DNA of 32,000 bases, taken from Candidatus Kuenenia stuttgartensis (GTDB lineage: Bacteria; Planctomycetota; Brocadiia; Brocadiales; Brocadiaceae). Position numbers and translations under genes: made by a program. The stretch lies in assembly GCF_900232105.1 (NCBI RefSeq), contig NZ_LT934425.1, positions 3,300,001-3,332,000 on the forward strand, in the 5' to 3' direction. Positions 1 to 10,095 of the stretch are shown here, piece after piece. Position 1 is the first letter of the stretch. Every line of letters begins with the position of its first letter. The notes below the pieces were generated by a model. The model did not search any database, was not told the DNA's origin, and was given only the letters and a program-made list of their open reading frames with translations.

Positions 1-687
1 ACCCCGCTCACGGCAATCATTGGATTCACGAACATTATTAAAAAACGATTAGATACCTTCATCTTTCCGCAAATAGAAACGAACGCAATAAAATCACAAA
101 AGGCTATACAACAGATAAAGGAAAATATTAACATCATACTCTCGGAAGGAGAGAGGTTAACAAATTTGATTAATGACGTGCTTGACCTGGCGAAGATTGA
201 AGCAGGCAAAATTGAATGGAAAAGGCATCAGACTTCGGTAACAGAAGTAATTATGAATGCTACAGCGGCAACCACTGCCCTTATAGAACAAAAAGGCCTT
301 GCGCTGAATGTTGATATTGAAAAAAATATACCCGATTTTTACGGGGATAAAAACAGGTTTATACAAGTCGTGATAAACCTAATTTCCAATGCAATAAAAT
401 TTACCGACAAAGGCGCCATCTCATGCTATGCAAAACAAACAGACAATAAAATCCAGGTTACCGTAATGGACACTGGCGTAGGGATTGCACCTGAAAATCT
501 TGAAAAAATCTTTGACAAATTCAAACAAGTGGGTGATACGCTTACCAATAAACCTGGCGGCACCGGTCTGGGCCTCCCGATATGCAAACAGATCGTTGAA
601 TATCATGGAGGCTCTATCCATGCAGAAAGCGAACCAAACAAAGGCACCGCATTTTCATTTACAATACCCTTGCGTGCTGATGTGTAA
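1..687 (+). CDS. Histidine kinase C-terminal part (HisKA + HATPase), 5' truncated by window edge
   Basis: Frame 1 is open from base 1 (TPLTAIIGFTNIIKKRL...) and continues into the 166..687 ORF; H-box region, N box (QVVINLISNAIKFT), DTGVGI and GGTGLGL motifs. Confidence 0.93.
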   Translation, partial: TPLTAIIGFTNIIKKRLDTFIFPQIETNAIKSQKAIQQIKENINIILSEGERLTNLINDVLDLAKIEAGKIEWKRHQTSVTEVIMNATAATTALIEQKGLALNVDIEKNIPDFYGDKNRFIQVVINLISNAIKFTDKGAISCYAKQTDNKIQVTVMDTGVGIAPENLEKIFDKFKQVGDTLTNKPGGTGLGLPICKQIVEYHGGSIHAESEPNKGTAFSFTIPLRADV

Positions 688-933
688 ACCCCTTTAGCAG
701 GGATTCTTCATCTGATATCTATGTGCTTCCAAAGTACCCCGAAACTCTTTCTCATAGAAGCAGAACAGACTTTGTTTAAATAACATACTTTGCTTGACGA
801 ACATGTTCTCTGTATCTATACTTAAACCGTTCATAATTTGTAATTCATCTTTTAAGCATCTTGAGTATATTATAAAAATGTGCATAATACGCTGTTTACT
901 TTTCTGCAGCATAAAGAGGGCTAGGGAGGATTA

Positions 934-1866
934 ATGAAAATACTTGTCACGGGAGGCGCAGGCTTTATCGCTTCTCATTTAGTGGACAACTTAATTGCCA
1001 AAGGGCACGACGTAGTAATTGTTGATAATCTTTCCACGGGAAGAGAAGAAAACATTAATCCCAAGGCGCGGTTTTACAAAATGGATATTTGTAATGTCGC
1101 TGCCTTGGCAGACATCTTCGACAAGGAAAGGCCTGATGTAGTAAATCACCATGCTGCGCATGCTGATGTACGTAAATCGGTAGAAATGCCGGCTTACGAT
1201 GCAAATATAAACATACTCGGGTCACTGAATCTTTGTCAATTATCGATGAAATACCAGGTAAAGAAATTTATTTATGCTTCTACGGGAGGGGCAGTCTATG
1301 GAGAACCGAAGCGCATGCCTGTAACGGAGGAATCACCCATTGAACCTCTTTCCCAATACGGAGTAAGCAAGCATACGGTAGAACATTATTTGTCCGTTTT
1401 TAACAAATTATACCATATGGACTTCACTATTCTTAGATACCCAAATGTTTACGGTCCAAGACAATCACCGTATGGAGAAGCAGGCGTTGTAGCTATTTTC
1501 AGCGAACATATTTTAAATAATAAACGCCCAACAATTTTTGGGGATGGCAGTAAAACGAGGGACTATGTTTTTGTAGCAGATATTATTGAGGCAAATCTTA
1601 AAGCATTGGAAAAAGAAGGGAATGGCGAAATCTTTAATTTAGGATGGGGGCTGGAAATTCCCGATTTGGCTGTTTTTCAGGCTATTCGGGATGCCTTAAA
1701 TTCAAAAATAGAGCCTATTTTCGGAAATAAACGGAATGGAGAAATAGAACGTATATGCCTTGATAGCACTAAGGCAATAAAAATGCTTCATTGGATGCCA
1801 AAAATCAATTTTAAAGAGGGGATAAAACTATCCACTAATTACTATAAGCAATTAAAGAACGCTTAA
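934..1866 (+). CDS. NAD-dependent epimerase/dehydratase (UDP-glucose 4-epimerase-like, SDR family)
   Basis: N-terminal Rossmann motif GGAGFIASH, catalytic YGVSK, RYPNVYGPRQ, GDGSKTRDYVFVAD. Confidence 0.93.
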   Translation: MKILVTGGAGFIASHLVDNLIAKGHDVVIVDNLSTGREENINPKARFYKMDICNVAALADIFDKERPDVVNHHAAHADVRKSVEMPAYDANINILGSLNLCQLSMKYQVKKFIYASTGGAVYGEPKRMPVTEESPIEPLSQYGVSKHTVEHYLSVFNKLYHMDFTILRYPNVYGPRQSPYGEAGVVAIFSEHILNNKRPTIFGDGSKTRDYVFVADIIEANLKALEKEGNGEIFNLGWGLEIPDLAVFQAIRDALNSKIEPIFGNKRNGEIERICLDSTKAIKMLHWMPKINFKEGIKLSTNYYKQLKNA

Positions 1867-1870
1867 TTAT

Positions 1871-1893
1871 CTGGGTATGACATCCATACCCAG
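1871..1893. terminator. Hairpin downstream of the epimerase gene, possible terminator
   Basis: Perfect 9-bp stem CTGGGTATG / CATACCCAG with 5-nt loop, 5 bp past the stop codon; no clear T-run. Confidence 0.4.
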
Positions 1894-2044
1894 TGATATA
1901 CTACGAAAGATTTATAATAATTAATGGTACAGCAATTCCCCGTCTTTTATAAAAGGAGCTATCTCCAAAAAGATATTTTGCCATGCAGAAATATCTCTTG
2001 CTAACAGGTTGTTTTTTATTAAAAACAACCTGTATAATGGGATA

Positions 2045-2440
2045 TTATCGTTTCGTCCACTGGAAACTCTTCCTTGCACCCTTTCGACCATACTTTTTGC
2101 GCTCTTTCATCCTGCTGTCACGCGTCAAAAGGCCATTTTCACGTAAGTCATCTGCCAGGGCAGAGTCAATCTTTGTCATTGCGCGTGCAATACCCATACA
2201 TACCGCCCCTGCCTGGCCACTTATCCCGCCTCCCCTTACATTTACCAGCACATCATATCCACCAAGTGTTTTAGTGGCCTTAAATGGGTTCAAAACTACC
2301 CCTTTATGGCGGTCAACAGGAAAATATTCATTAATATCACGCTTGTTCACAGTTACTTTACCTGTGCCTTTTTTTATTCTAACGCTGGCAACTGAAGTCT
2401 TGCGCCTTCCTGTTCCCCATACATACTGTTCTGTAACCAT
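2045..2440 (-). CDS. rpsI: 30S ribosomal protein S9
   Basis: YVWGTGRRKTSVASVRIKKGTG... and C-terminal TRDSRMKERKKYGRKGARKSFQWTKR are diagnostic; adjacent to L13. Confidence 0.97.
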   Translation of the reverse strand: MVTEQYVWGTGRRKTSVASVRIKKGTGKVTVNKRDINEYFPVDRHKGVVLNPFKATKTLGGYDVLVNVRGGGISGQAGAVCMGIARAMTKIDSALADDLRENGLLTRDSRMKERKKYGRKGARKSFQWTKR

Positions 2441-2449
2441 ATTTCTCCC

Positions 2450-2872
2450 TTAATTTCTAATTGTTAACTCTTTTGGTTGTTGAGCCTGATGCGGGTGATT
2501 TGCATCTTTATATATTTTTACTTTTTTCAGCATTGATTTTCCCAATCTTGTTTTTGGCAGCATTAGCCTTATGGAGCGATTCAGTATTTTTTCCGGTGTT
2601 GTTTTAAGCGTATTTCCCACCATGCGTTTTCTCAATCCACCCTGATATCCAGTCACATAATAATGAATTTTTTCCTGCATTTTTTTCCCGGTAAGCTTCA
2701 CCTTACTTGCATTTGTAATAATAACAAAGTCTCCTACATCAATGTAAGGCGTGTATTCCGGTTTATGTTTACCTTGCAATACTCGGGATATCGTTGTTAA
2801 GATTCTGCCAAGCACCTTATCCTCAGCATCAACAATATACCAATCCCGCTTCACCTCTTCTTTTTTTGCCAT
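2450..2872 (-). CDS. rplM: 50S ribosomal protein L13
   Basis: WYIVDAEDKVLGRILTTISRVLQGKHKP..., GDFVIITNA, YHSGY-like YYVTGYQGG, HPHQAQQP. ORF track start 2884; internal MAKKEE at 2872 is the more likely start. Confidence 0.96.
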   Translation of the reverse strand: MAKKEEVKRDWYIVDAEDKVLGRILTTISRVLQGKHKPEYTPYIDVGDFVIITNASKVKLTGKKMQEKIHYYVTGYQGGLRKRMVGNTLKTTPEKILNRSIRLMLPKTRLGKSMLKKVKIYKDANHPHQAQQPKELTIRN

Positions 2873-2912
2873 ATAAGTTTTCATTGCTTTGTATCCCTGA
2901 ATATTTCAAAAA

Positions 2913-2939
2913 TAAAAAACGCCTTATCGGTATAAGGCG
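2913..2939 (-). terminator. Intrinsic terminator-like hairpin in the rplM leader (possible attenuator)
   Basis: On minus strand CGCCTTAT-ACCG-ATAAGGCG followed directly by TTTTTTATTTTT, about 40 nt upstream of rplM. Confidence 0.55.
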
Positions 2940-3121
2940 CCTCTTTATAAATTAAAAATGCAACTTAATTGATAAAATCCCTTATATTTTCAAATGTTAT
3001 ACCCTCCGGTAAACCAGAAAACCACTGTTCTTGGTTTAGCCTCTGATAAAGCACAGAAGTTCAACATCAATATGTGGCGATAAGATACTATAAACGTTTA
3101 TCAAATTTTGCCTTAAATGTC

Positions 3122-3143
3122 AATGGCATTTTAAAATGCCATT
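3122..3143. other. Perfect palindrome between rplM and the dehydratase gene
   Basis: AATGGCATTTTAAAATGCCATT, 22-bp perfect inverted repeat, followed by TTGATTT on the plus strand. Confidence 0.5.
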
Positions 3144-3248
3144 TTGATTTAATTTTCATTTGACCTATCCAGCAATAGCATTTAACATAAAGTACGTACG
3201 TTTTTCATTGTAATATCAGTTACCAATTTTTCAATAGGATTTTTTACT

Positions 3249-3722
3249 GTGCCAAATGATATTTTTATAAATTTAAATACCCTGGATTTAAACAACACTA
3301 TCGTAGATATAGAGGGAATACGCAGCATAATTCCGCACAGGTACGAAATGGAACAGCTTAGCGGCATTTTGCAATTTGACCCTGAACAGAAACTGATCGT
3401 GGGTTACAAAACTGTTTCAATGAATGAATTTTGGATAAGAGGACATATACCAAACCGTCCACTCATGCCTGGTGTGATGATGCTTGAAGCTGCCGCCCAA
3501 TTATGTTCCTATTATTATATGAAGACAACGAAAGACGCCCGCTTCCTAGGTTTTGGAGGGATAAATGATGTAAAATTTCGTGGGAAAGTTGTGCCGGGTG
3601 ACAACCTCATACTTATTGCAAAGAATAAAGAATTAAGGCCACGCAGGGCAATCTTTGATACACAGGGAGTCGTTAACGGAAAACTTGTGTTCGAAGGAGT
3701 TATAATTGGAATGGTCGTATAG
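3249..3722 (+). CDS. 3-hydroxyacyl-ACP dehydratase, FabZ/MaoC-like hotdog fold
   Basis: IRSIIPHRYEM, GHIPNRPLMPGVMMLEAAAQL, FRGKVVPGDNL motifs. Confidence 0.88.
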   Translation: MPNDIFINLNTLDLNNTIVDIEGIRSIIPHRYEMEQLSGILQFDPEQKLIVGYKTVSMNEFWIRGHIPNRPLMPGVMMLEAAAQLCSYYYMKTTKDARFLGFGGINDVKFRGKVVPGDNLILIAKNKELRPRRAIFDTQGVVNGKLVFEGVIIGMVV

Positions 3723-3865
3723 GCAAAGGCAAAATACTATCGTTGACACATTTGAGAGAGTGGTGGAAAAACTTTTCGCCCACAATAACACATTGTAATA
3801 AAATCGATTTCCCATTTCTTAATACATTTATTAGCAAAATCCCAGGCCAGAATACAATAAAGAAA

Positions 3866-4570
3866 TTATACTGGTCTGCGAACTAATTCCAAAACATCCG
3901 CTATCTTTTTTATGGTGTAATCCGGTTTAATTTGCATACCCTTATTCTGTAAAAATGTCCTATAATGCCTCCCATGTTCGAACAAAATCGTAATCATGCC
4001 TAAAGTTTTTCCGGCAGCGATTTCATCATCTATCTTGTCCCCCACACAAATAATTTCTTCCGCTCGCAGATTACCGTGTTGCATGATTTCCTTAAAATAA
4101 TCTTTTTTTTTCTTTTCCCTATCCCTTTCTACAATCAATATTTTATCAAAATAATTATTTCCCAATCCGAGCGCATTAATTTTGTTTTTTTGGACAAGCA
4201 TTTCTCCCGATGTAACAAGGAATAACATATATTTCTGTTTTTTAAGTTGAATAAGCGTTTCTATTACGCCTGGAAACAATGTAATATCAGATATTTCAAC
4301 GCATATATATTCATCTAACAACCTTTTGCCACATGAAGGTGGAAGATTATACATTGCAACAATGTAGTCATAAACATTGCATTTTGTTCCATGTTTCTCC
4401 TCTAAATCATTTTGTAACCGGAACGCTTCTTCTTCGCTACAACTTATTAATTTAGCGATAGTTTTTGCAACCTGCCGTCTTCCCCTGACGATTAATGTGC
4501 CACTGCAATCATACAGCGTATCGTCAAGATCAAAAATAACGGCCTTTATTCCTGATAGATCATTTTCCAT
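3866..4570 (-). CDS. HAD-superfamily hydrolase
   Basis: AVIFDLDDTLYD (motif I), VTSG (motif II), GDKIDDEIAAGKTLGM (motif IV). Track start 4597; MENDLSG at 4570 looks more likely. Confidence 0.87.
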   Translation of the reverse strand: MENDLSGIKAVIFDLDDTLYDCSGTLIVRGRRQVAKTIAKLISCSEEEAFRLQNDLEEKHGTKCNVYDYIVAMYNLPPSCGKRLLDEYICVEISDITLFPGVIETLIQLKKQKYMLFLVTSGEMLVQKNKINALGLGNNYFDKILIVERDREKKKKDYFKEIMQHGNLRAEEIICVGDKIDDEIAAGKTLGMITILFEHGRHYRTFLQNKGMQIKPDYTIKKIADVLELVRRPV

Positions 4571-5107
4571 GTGTTTATGGCCTGCCTCTTGCGCCAAATA
4601 GGCCGCTCCCCGATGACCGGTAAAATTTTATCAAATATCTATACAACGATAGGAATTAAAAAAACCTTGCCATTTTCTTCATTTTTGTTGTAATCTTATA
4701 AAAATGTAAAAACAAATTCCTGTCAGTTCTTTGTTTGTAAAAAATTCCACCACATGAAGGATTTTATTTGGAGCAGAAAATAGAAATTCCGTCCTCGCCT
4801 GTAACTTCTGCCTTAAAATCAACCTGCACCTCATGCATTCAGTGGTTTCCTTTTTATTCCCGATATTTAGAAGTTTTGTAATACGTTAGTTTTTTTGAAA
4901 AAAAGCTCATAGTATTACAAGGTTTTTAATTAGTTTTTCAGAACTAAAAAGGATTTTATGTTTTAAAGTTTGCCGATTGTGGACCATCTCCATATTGATA
5001 TTTGCAAATATCCCGGCGACTATGTCAGGTAAGTAAAGGTATTGAAAGTGATAAAAAGCGTTTTTAAACAGCGGATATTAGATTCCTGATTATAATATTA
5101 TATTATT

Positions 5108-6754
5108 ATGGATATTTCAACTCAAACGGTAATTACGGACACTAAATTAAAAAGTATGAGCGAAGAGATATCGCGGGAAGCATCGCGCCGTCGTACATTT
5201 GCGATTATTTCGCATCCGGACGCTGGTAAAACAACGTTAACAGAGAAACTTTTGTTATATGGAGGAGCTTTAGAACTGGCGGGTTCTGTTACAGCAAAGA
5301 AAAAACAGCGTGATACAGCCTCGGATTGGATGGATATTGAGAAAAAACGAGGGATTTCTATTTCATCCACTGTTCTCCAGTTTGATTACGGGAACTACAG
5401 ACTGAATTTGCTTGATACACCGGGCCATAAAGATTTTTCGGAAGATACGTATCGCGTATTAATGGCGGTTGATGCAGTAATTATGGTCATCGATGCCGGA
5501 AAAGGGATCGAGAGTCAAACCCGTAAACTCTTCGAGATATGCAGAAAGCGTGGCATTCCCATCTTTACGTTTATGAACAAGCTTGACCGTCCGTCAATGA
5601 CTCCTTTGGAGTTGATAGACCAATTGGAGAAAGTGCTGAACCTGCATGCCTTTCCTGTTGTCTGGCCATTGGGAAACGGACAGAATTTTAAAGGTGTTTA
5701 TGACAGGCTCAGGAAAGAAGTACATCTGTTTGAAAGGGTGCCGGCAGGGGAGTATAAAGCGCCTGTGTCGATTCGGGATATTCGTGACCATTTGGTAAAA
5801 GACCTCCTAAGCGAGCAAACCTACAACGAAGTTGTAGAAGAAATAGCGCTCCTGGATGATGCGCACGGAGGTTTTGAACGGGATGCGGTTCTCCATGGAA
5901 TGACGACACCGGTTTTTTTTGGAAGTGCGGCTAATAATTTTGGCGTGGAGCTTCTTTTGAGAGGGTTCCTTGAGTATTCGGCTGGTCCTTCTCCCAGAAA
6001 AGCAATAAGTGGCTGGATACCGTTGGATAATCCTCACTTTTCCGGGTTTGTTTTTAAAGTCCAAACGAACATGAACCCACTGCACAGGGATAGAATGGTT
6101 TTTGTAAGAGTTTGTTCCGGAAGATTCTATCGCGATATGATGATTCACCACGTGCGACTTGGAAAAGAAATAAGGTTATCCGGTTGCCATAGTGTTTTTG
6201 GACGCAACCGGGAAATAGCCTGGGAAGCTTATCCGGGTGATATCATTGGTTTTGTAACGAGAGCGGATTTTCGTGTCGGAGACACAATCAGCACGGATCC
6301 AAACCTTGTTTTCGAGGAGATTCCGCGGTTCGCTCCGGAGTGTTTCGCTTTTTTGCATAATTCTTTGTCATCAAGTTATAAATCTTTCCGCAAAGGCGTG
6401 GAACATCTTCTTGCCGAGGATATTGTGCAGGTGTTTCATTTGCAGGACCATGGGAGCAATCTCCCTCTTTTAGGGGCGGTGGGGCCTTTGCAGTTTGAAG
6501 TTATGCAGTATCGCCTCAAGGATGAATATGGGGTTGAATCCAGATTAGAATCCATGCCGTGGGAAGTTCTCAGATGGCTGGATGCACCTTTGAACGATAC
6601 GGATTTAAAACGGTCTTTACCGCACGGTGCTGCGTTAGGTACGGATGAACAAGGCCGGATGGTTATTCTTTTCCCGTCTGAGTGGTCATTAAAATATTTT
6701 TCGGAAAAGAACCCTTCAACAAGGCTTTTAGATTCACCCGGTAAAACCAAATGA
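5108..6754 (+). CDS. prfC: Peptide chain release factor 3
   Basis: SHPDAGKTTLTEKLL, RGISISSTVLQFDY, DTPGHKDFSEDTYR, NKLDR; RF3-specific C-terminal domain. Confidence 0.96.
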   Translation: MDISTQTVITDTKLKSMSEEISREASRRRTFAIISHPDAGKTTLTEKLLLYGGALELAGSVTAKKKQRDTASDWMDIEKKRGISISSTVLQFDYGNYRLNLLDTPGHKDFSEDTYRVLMAVDAVIMVIDAGKGIESQTRKLFEICRKRGIPIFTFMNKLDRPSMTPLELIDQLEKVLNLHAFPVVWPLGNGQNFKGVYDRLRKEVHLFERVPAGEYKAPVSIRDIRDHLVKDLLSEQTYNEVVEEIALLDDAHGGFERDAVLHGMTTPVFFGSAANNFGVELLLRGFLEYSAGPSPRKAISGWIPLDNPHFSGFVFKVQTNMNPLHRDRMVFVRVCSGRFYRDMMIHHVRLGKEIRLSGCHSVFGRNREIAWEAYPGDIIGFVTRADFRVGDTISTDPNLVFEEIPRFAPECFAFLHNSLSSSYKSFRKGVEHLLAEDIVQVFHLQDHGSNLPLLGAVGPLQFEVMQYRLKDEYGVESRLESMPWEVLRWLDAPLNDTDLKRSLPHGAALGTDEQGRMVILFPSEWSLKYFSEKNPSTRLLDSPGKTK

Positions 6755-7072
6755 AAAGGTTTTTTTTAACGCCTGTATAAGTACATCGAATCGATGAGCA
6801 TCGTTTGGTTTGAGGTGTACCCCATTGTACCTTGTGACTACAACATGGAGTAGAAAGGTGATTCTCTCATATTTGAATTTTCATAATAGCCAAATACAAT
6901 CATTAATACTTGATTGATAAAGACTTTCAAGGTATTTAAATATAGTAAAAAGCATTTATTTTTATAAAAATCTGTTTTTTTCTTGCATTTGAATTGTTTC
7001 TAGCGTGAGTTTATCACAAAATAAGGCATGAAGCAACGTAACATAAATACAGTCAATGCGTTAAGCACAACA

Positions 7073-8809
7073 TCAATTGTATACACTGAGTCCTTGAAGT
7101 TTCAGCCGATGTTTGTGGAAATCCATAATGCCTAACGCATTCATCAACAGAGATTCCTTGTCGGACATTTCTTCCAATTTGTAGGTAGCCTTAACTCTCC
7201 CTCTGGCCTTTGTTTCTTCAAGCATAGCAGAAAGCCTTATATTATTAAGGGTGTCTAACAGGGTATCTAACGTTCCACTAAATTGTGCGTGCGCTTTTGC
7301 CTGATACCACACAATCGCCGCCATTAGGTATCCGAGGACGCAAATAAAAAAATGCACCCTGATTTTCTGATCCGTCCAGTGAAATTGCGGTTTTAAAGCA
7401 AGGTGATAGGGGTTCTTGAGATTTCTAAAGGCATGTTCAATTTTTGATTGCCCATAGTAGGCTTTTATAATGTCCGCGGTATCCCAATCGTGATGGTCTG
7501 TCATAAGAATCCTGAACCCCAGTTCCCCTTCTATTTCTTCGAGCTTTTTCTGGTCGATTGAAAAATTCAATTGAAACTTGCCTTCAGATACCTCTTTTAA
7601 CGACCAATCGATAACATCCTTCGCAAATTGACATTTCACTACACTTCTTATCGTATCCTCCAGACCCTCTTTGTCCCGCATCTTTCCCTTTGGATTACAC
7701 AGATGCTGCTGTAAGAGCTTTAACTGATGTTCTGCCTTTTCCAGAGACTGAGACATTCCCCTTAATTGCCCAACCTTTAATTTCTCGGAAATAAATACGA
7801 CAACGGTTCTTTCCTGCCCCCAAATAACCCGTTTGTCATGGTACACCTGTATCTTACTGCCGTCAACGTCATATTCCCTGAAATTACACATGGCATCCCC
7901 TACCAACTGCTTGTGATGATACGGTGTAAGCGCTCCAACGTAATGCAATGCCAATCTCTCTACAATAGCCATATTGTCCATGGAATTGTTTCCACGATCA
8001 AAAACAATAGTGTGCTTTTTGCTGTCGAAACCTAATCCGGTCATCCTGTCTTTTATCGTCTCAAGAACCGCGCTGAACACCTTTGCATCCGCCATGTTCC
8101 CCTGATAGGTATGGTGAAACAACGGTATCATGTCGTTACGTGTAACGACCATCGCCAACCCGACCTGCCTGAGATCGTATCGCTTTTGTTTGTTTTTCCC
8201 CCGCCGGGCAATAGTGCATCGCAGATTAGTTGTGTCGATATACGTGAAAAAATTGGTTGTATCAAAAAACAGTGTGTCGCTTTGAAGGTTGTATGTTTTA
8301 AATGTCTTTTCAATTAATTCGCGCTCGATTTCTGCAATGGATTCTTCAGGAAGTGCATCCATCAAATCCCAGAAATGCTGACTGTCTATTTTACTCAAGC
8401 TGTGTCTGAGTAAGTATTCGGCAGTAGTCGTCTTTGCCCAATCCCACCATCCTCTTTTGCTGGTAGGCACACACACTCTCCCCACGGCACCCAACAAGAG
8501 GGTACTTCCGGCGGTCAGATTATTTCGAACAGGTTTTTTAGCACAATACTGCCGTGGCGACTTTATATATTTATTAATCACGGAAGGGACGTCCAGGGCA
8601 TTGGCCACACTTAGCAATGCGGCTACCGCGCCATGTGAATAAGATTTGAGCCGTAATTTTTCGGTAAGACCTTGCAGTTGTTTTAATAAATCGTCTGCCT
8701 TGCCAAGATAGGCCAGGACGATGGGCCTGGGCTTGCCGTTAACGCGCCGCGATTCGACAATATACCAATATTTATAACCTCTGGAGTTTTTAGATTGAAT
8801 GGTAGCCAT
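7073..8809 (-). CDS. IS1634-type (IS4 superfamily) DDE transposase
   Basis: 578 aa; LQSDTLFFDTTNF, HTIVFDRGNNS, YYGQSKIEHAFRNLKNPYHLALKPQFHWTDQKIRVHFFICVLGYLM. Confidence 0.88.
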   Translation of the reverse strand: MATIQSKNSRGYKYWYIVESRRVNGKPRPIVLAYLGKADDLLKQLQGLTEKLRLKSYSHGAVAALLSVANALDVPSVINKYIKSPRQYCAKKPVRNNLTAGSTLLLGAVGRVCVPTSKRGWWDWAKTTTAEYLLRHSLSKIDSQHFWDLMDALPEESIAEIERELIEKTFKTYNLQSDTLFFDTTNFFTYIDTTNLRCTIARRGKNKQKRYDLRQVGLAMVVTRNDMIPLFHHTYQGNMADAKVFSAVLETIKDRMTGLGFDSKKHTIVFDRGNNSMDNMAIVERLALHYVGALTPYHHKQLVGDAMCNFREYDVDGSKIQVYHDKRVIWGQERTVVVFISEKLKVGQLRGMSQSLEKAEHQLKLLQQHLCNPKGKMRDKEGLEDTIRSVVKCQFAKDVIDWSLKEVSEGKFQLNFSIDQKKLEEIEGELGFRILMTDHHDWDTADIIKAYYGQSKIEHAFRNLKNPYHLALKPQFHWTDQKIRVHFFICVLGYLMAAIVWYQAKAHAQFSGTLDTLLDTLNNIRLSAMLEETKARGRVKATYKLEEMSDKESLLMNALGIMDFHKHRLKLQGLSVYN

Positions 8810-8912
8810 GGCTATTAGTTGTTAGTGTATACGTAATAGATTAATACTCCGTGTATAATAGTATATACAGGCATATAATGCAATATAAATATAGTATTAT
8901 TCAGTGTATACA
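7073..8912 (-). mobile_element. IS1634-type insertion sequence, ends approximate
   Basis: Transposase ORF plus exact 12-bp inverted match TGTATACACTGA (7078-7089) / TCAGTGTATACA (8901-8912); the left copy lies inside the ORF 3' end, so true ends are uncertain. Confidence 0.6.
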
Positions 8913-8922
8913 TAATTTTTTA

Positions 8923-10074
8923 GACAAAAAAAGTCGCAACCCGATACAAATCATTGGATTGCAACTTGATGTCTTTGTCTTACACCTTATTTCGTGATAA
9001 ACTCACGCTAGAGTATTAAATTCTGCATGAATCCATTTCTCAGTGAAAAAACCCGAATAGAATTTAAAAAAGCACATAAGAAAGAGCCTCATAGACGTCA
9101 TGCCGACCGAATCAAAGCTATACTTCTTCTTGATTCAGGATGGAGTTATGAAGAAGTAGCAGAAGCGCTCTTGTTAGACGATCAAACAATCAGGAATTAC
9201 GAAAAACTATACAAAGATAAAGGTTTCGACGGGCTTTTATCTGACAATTATGTTGGCTGTATGCCAAAACTCACTTGCGAACAAGAAGAACAATTAAAAG
9301 ATCATATCAGGAAAAACAACTATAGCGCGGCAAAAGAAATTGTTGAATATGTAAAACAGACATTCAATAAAATCTATACACCCGAAGGAATGGTACATAC
9401 CCTCGATAGATTAGGCTTTACTTACAAGAAAACTACAATAGTTCCAGGCAAAGCAAACCCTGAAAAACAAAAAGAATTTATCGAAAACTACAAACAACTC
9501 AAAGAAGAGAAAGCCCCTGGAGATAAGATACTTTTTATGGATGGAGTTCATCCACAGCACAATTCTACGTCTGCATATTGCTGGATAGAGAAAGGCAAAA
9601 AGAAGGAAATACCCTCTAATACCGGCAGGAAAAGAATAAATTTAAACGGGGCTATTGACATAGAAACCTTTGAAGTAACAATCCGGGAAGATGAAAGCAT
9701 CAATGCTCAATCAACAATAAAGCTTTTCCATGAAATAGAGTCAAGGTATGCTCAAGCCGGTACTATTTACATAATCTCTGATAATGCTAAATATTACAGG
9801 TCTAAGTTGGTCAAAGAATACCTTGCAAATTCGAGAATAAAGATCAAATTTCTCCCTTCCTATTCACCCAATTTAAATCTCATTGAAAGATTATGGAAAT
9901 TCTTTCGCAAAAAAATATTGTATAACAAGTATTATGATACTTATGAGAAGTTTAAAAACAAATGTTTAAGTTTTTTCAAAAATATTAACGAGTATACAGA
10001 TGAATTGTCTACTCTTTTAACTGAAAATTTTCAAATTATTGGCGAGCAAATTTCGAAAATCTGATTTGTTTGAC
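8923..10074 (+). mobile_element. IS630-type insertion sequence
   Basis: TA|GACAAAAAAA at the left and TTTGTTTGAC|TA at the right (imperfect TIR, 8/10) bracket the transposase; TA flanks match IS630 targeting. Confidence 0.65.
9027..10064 (+). CDS. IS630-type DDE transposase
   Basis: HTH domain (GWSYEEVAEALLLDDQTIRNYEKLY), ILFMDGVHPQHN, YIISDNAKYYRS, IKFLPSYSPNLNLIERLWKFFRKKI (DDE_3). Confidence 0.93.
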   Translation: MNPFLSEKTRIEFKKAHKKEPHRRHADRIKAILLLDSGWSYEEVAEALLLDDQTIRNYEKLYKDKGFDGLLSDNYVGCMPKLTCEQEEQLKDHIRKNNYSAAKEIVEYVKQTFNKIYTPEGMVHTLDRLGFTYKKTTIVPGKANPEKQKEFIENYKQLKEEKAPGDKILFMDGVHPQHNSTSAYCWIEKGKKKEIPSNTGRKRINLNGAIDIETFEVTIREDESINAQSTIKLFHEIESRYAQAGTIYIISDNAKYYRSKLVKEYLANSRIKIKFLPSYSPNLNLIERLWKFFRKKILYNKYYDTYEKFKNKCLSFFKNINEYTDELSTLLTENFQIIGEQISKI

Positions 10075-10095
10075 TATATAATAGCGCAGAAAGAG

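Noticed and set aside
1983-2453. Plus-strand ORF opposite rpsI, plus 2074..2274
   Set aside because: Antisense to a highly conserved ribosomal protein gene; shadow ORF.
8111-8642. Plus-strand ORFs inside the IS1634 transposase
   Set aside because: Antisense shadows of the transposase reading frame.
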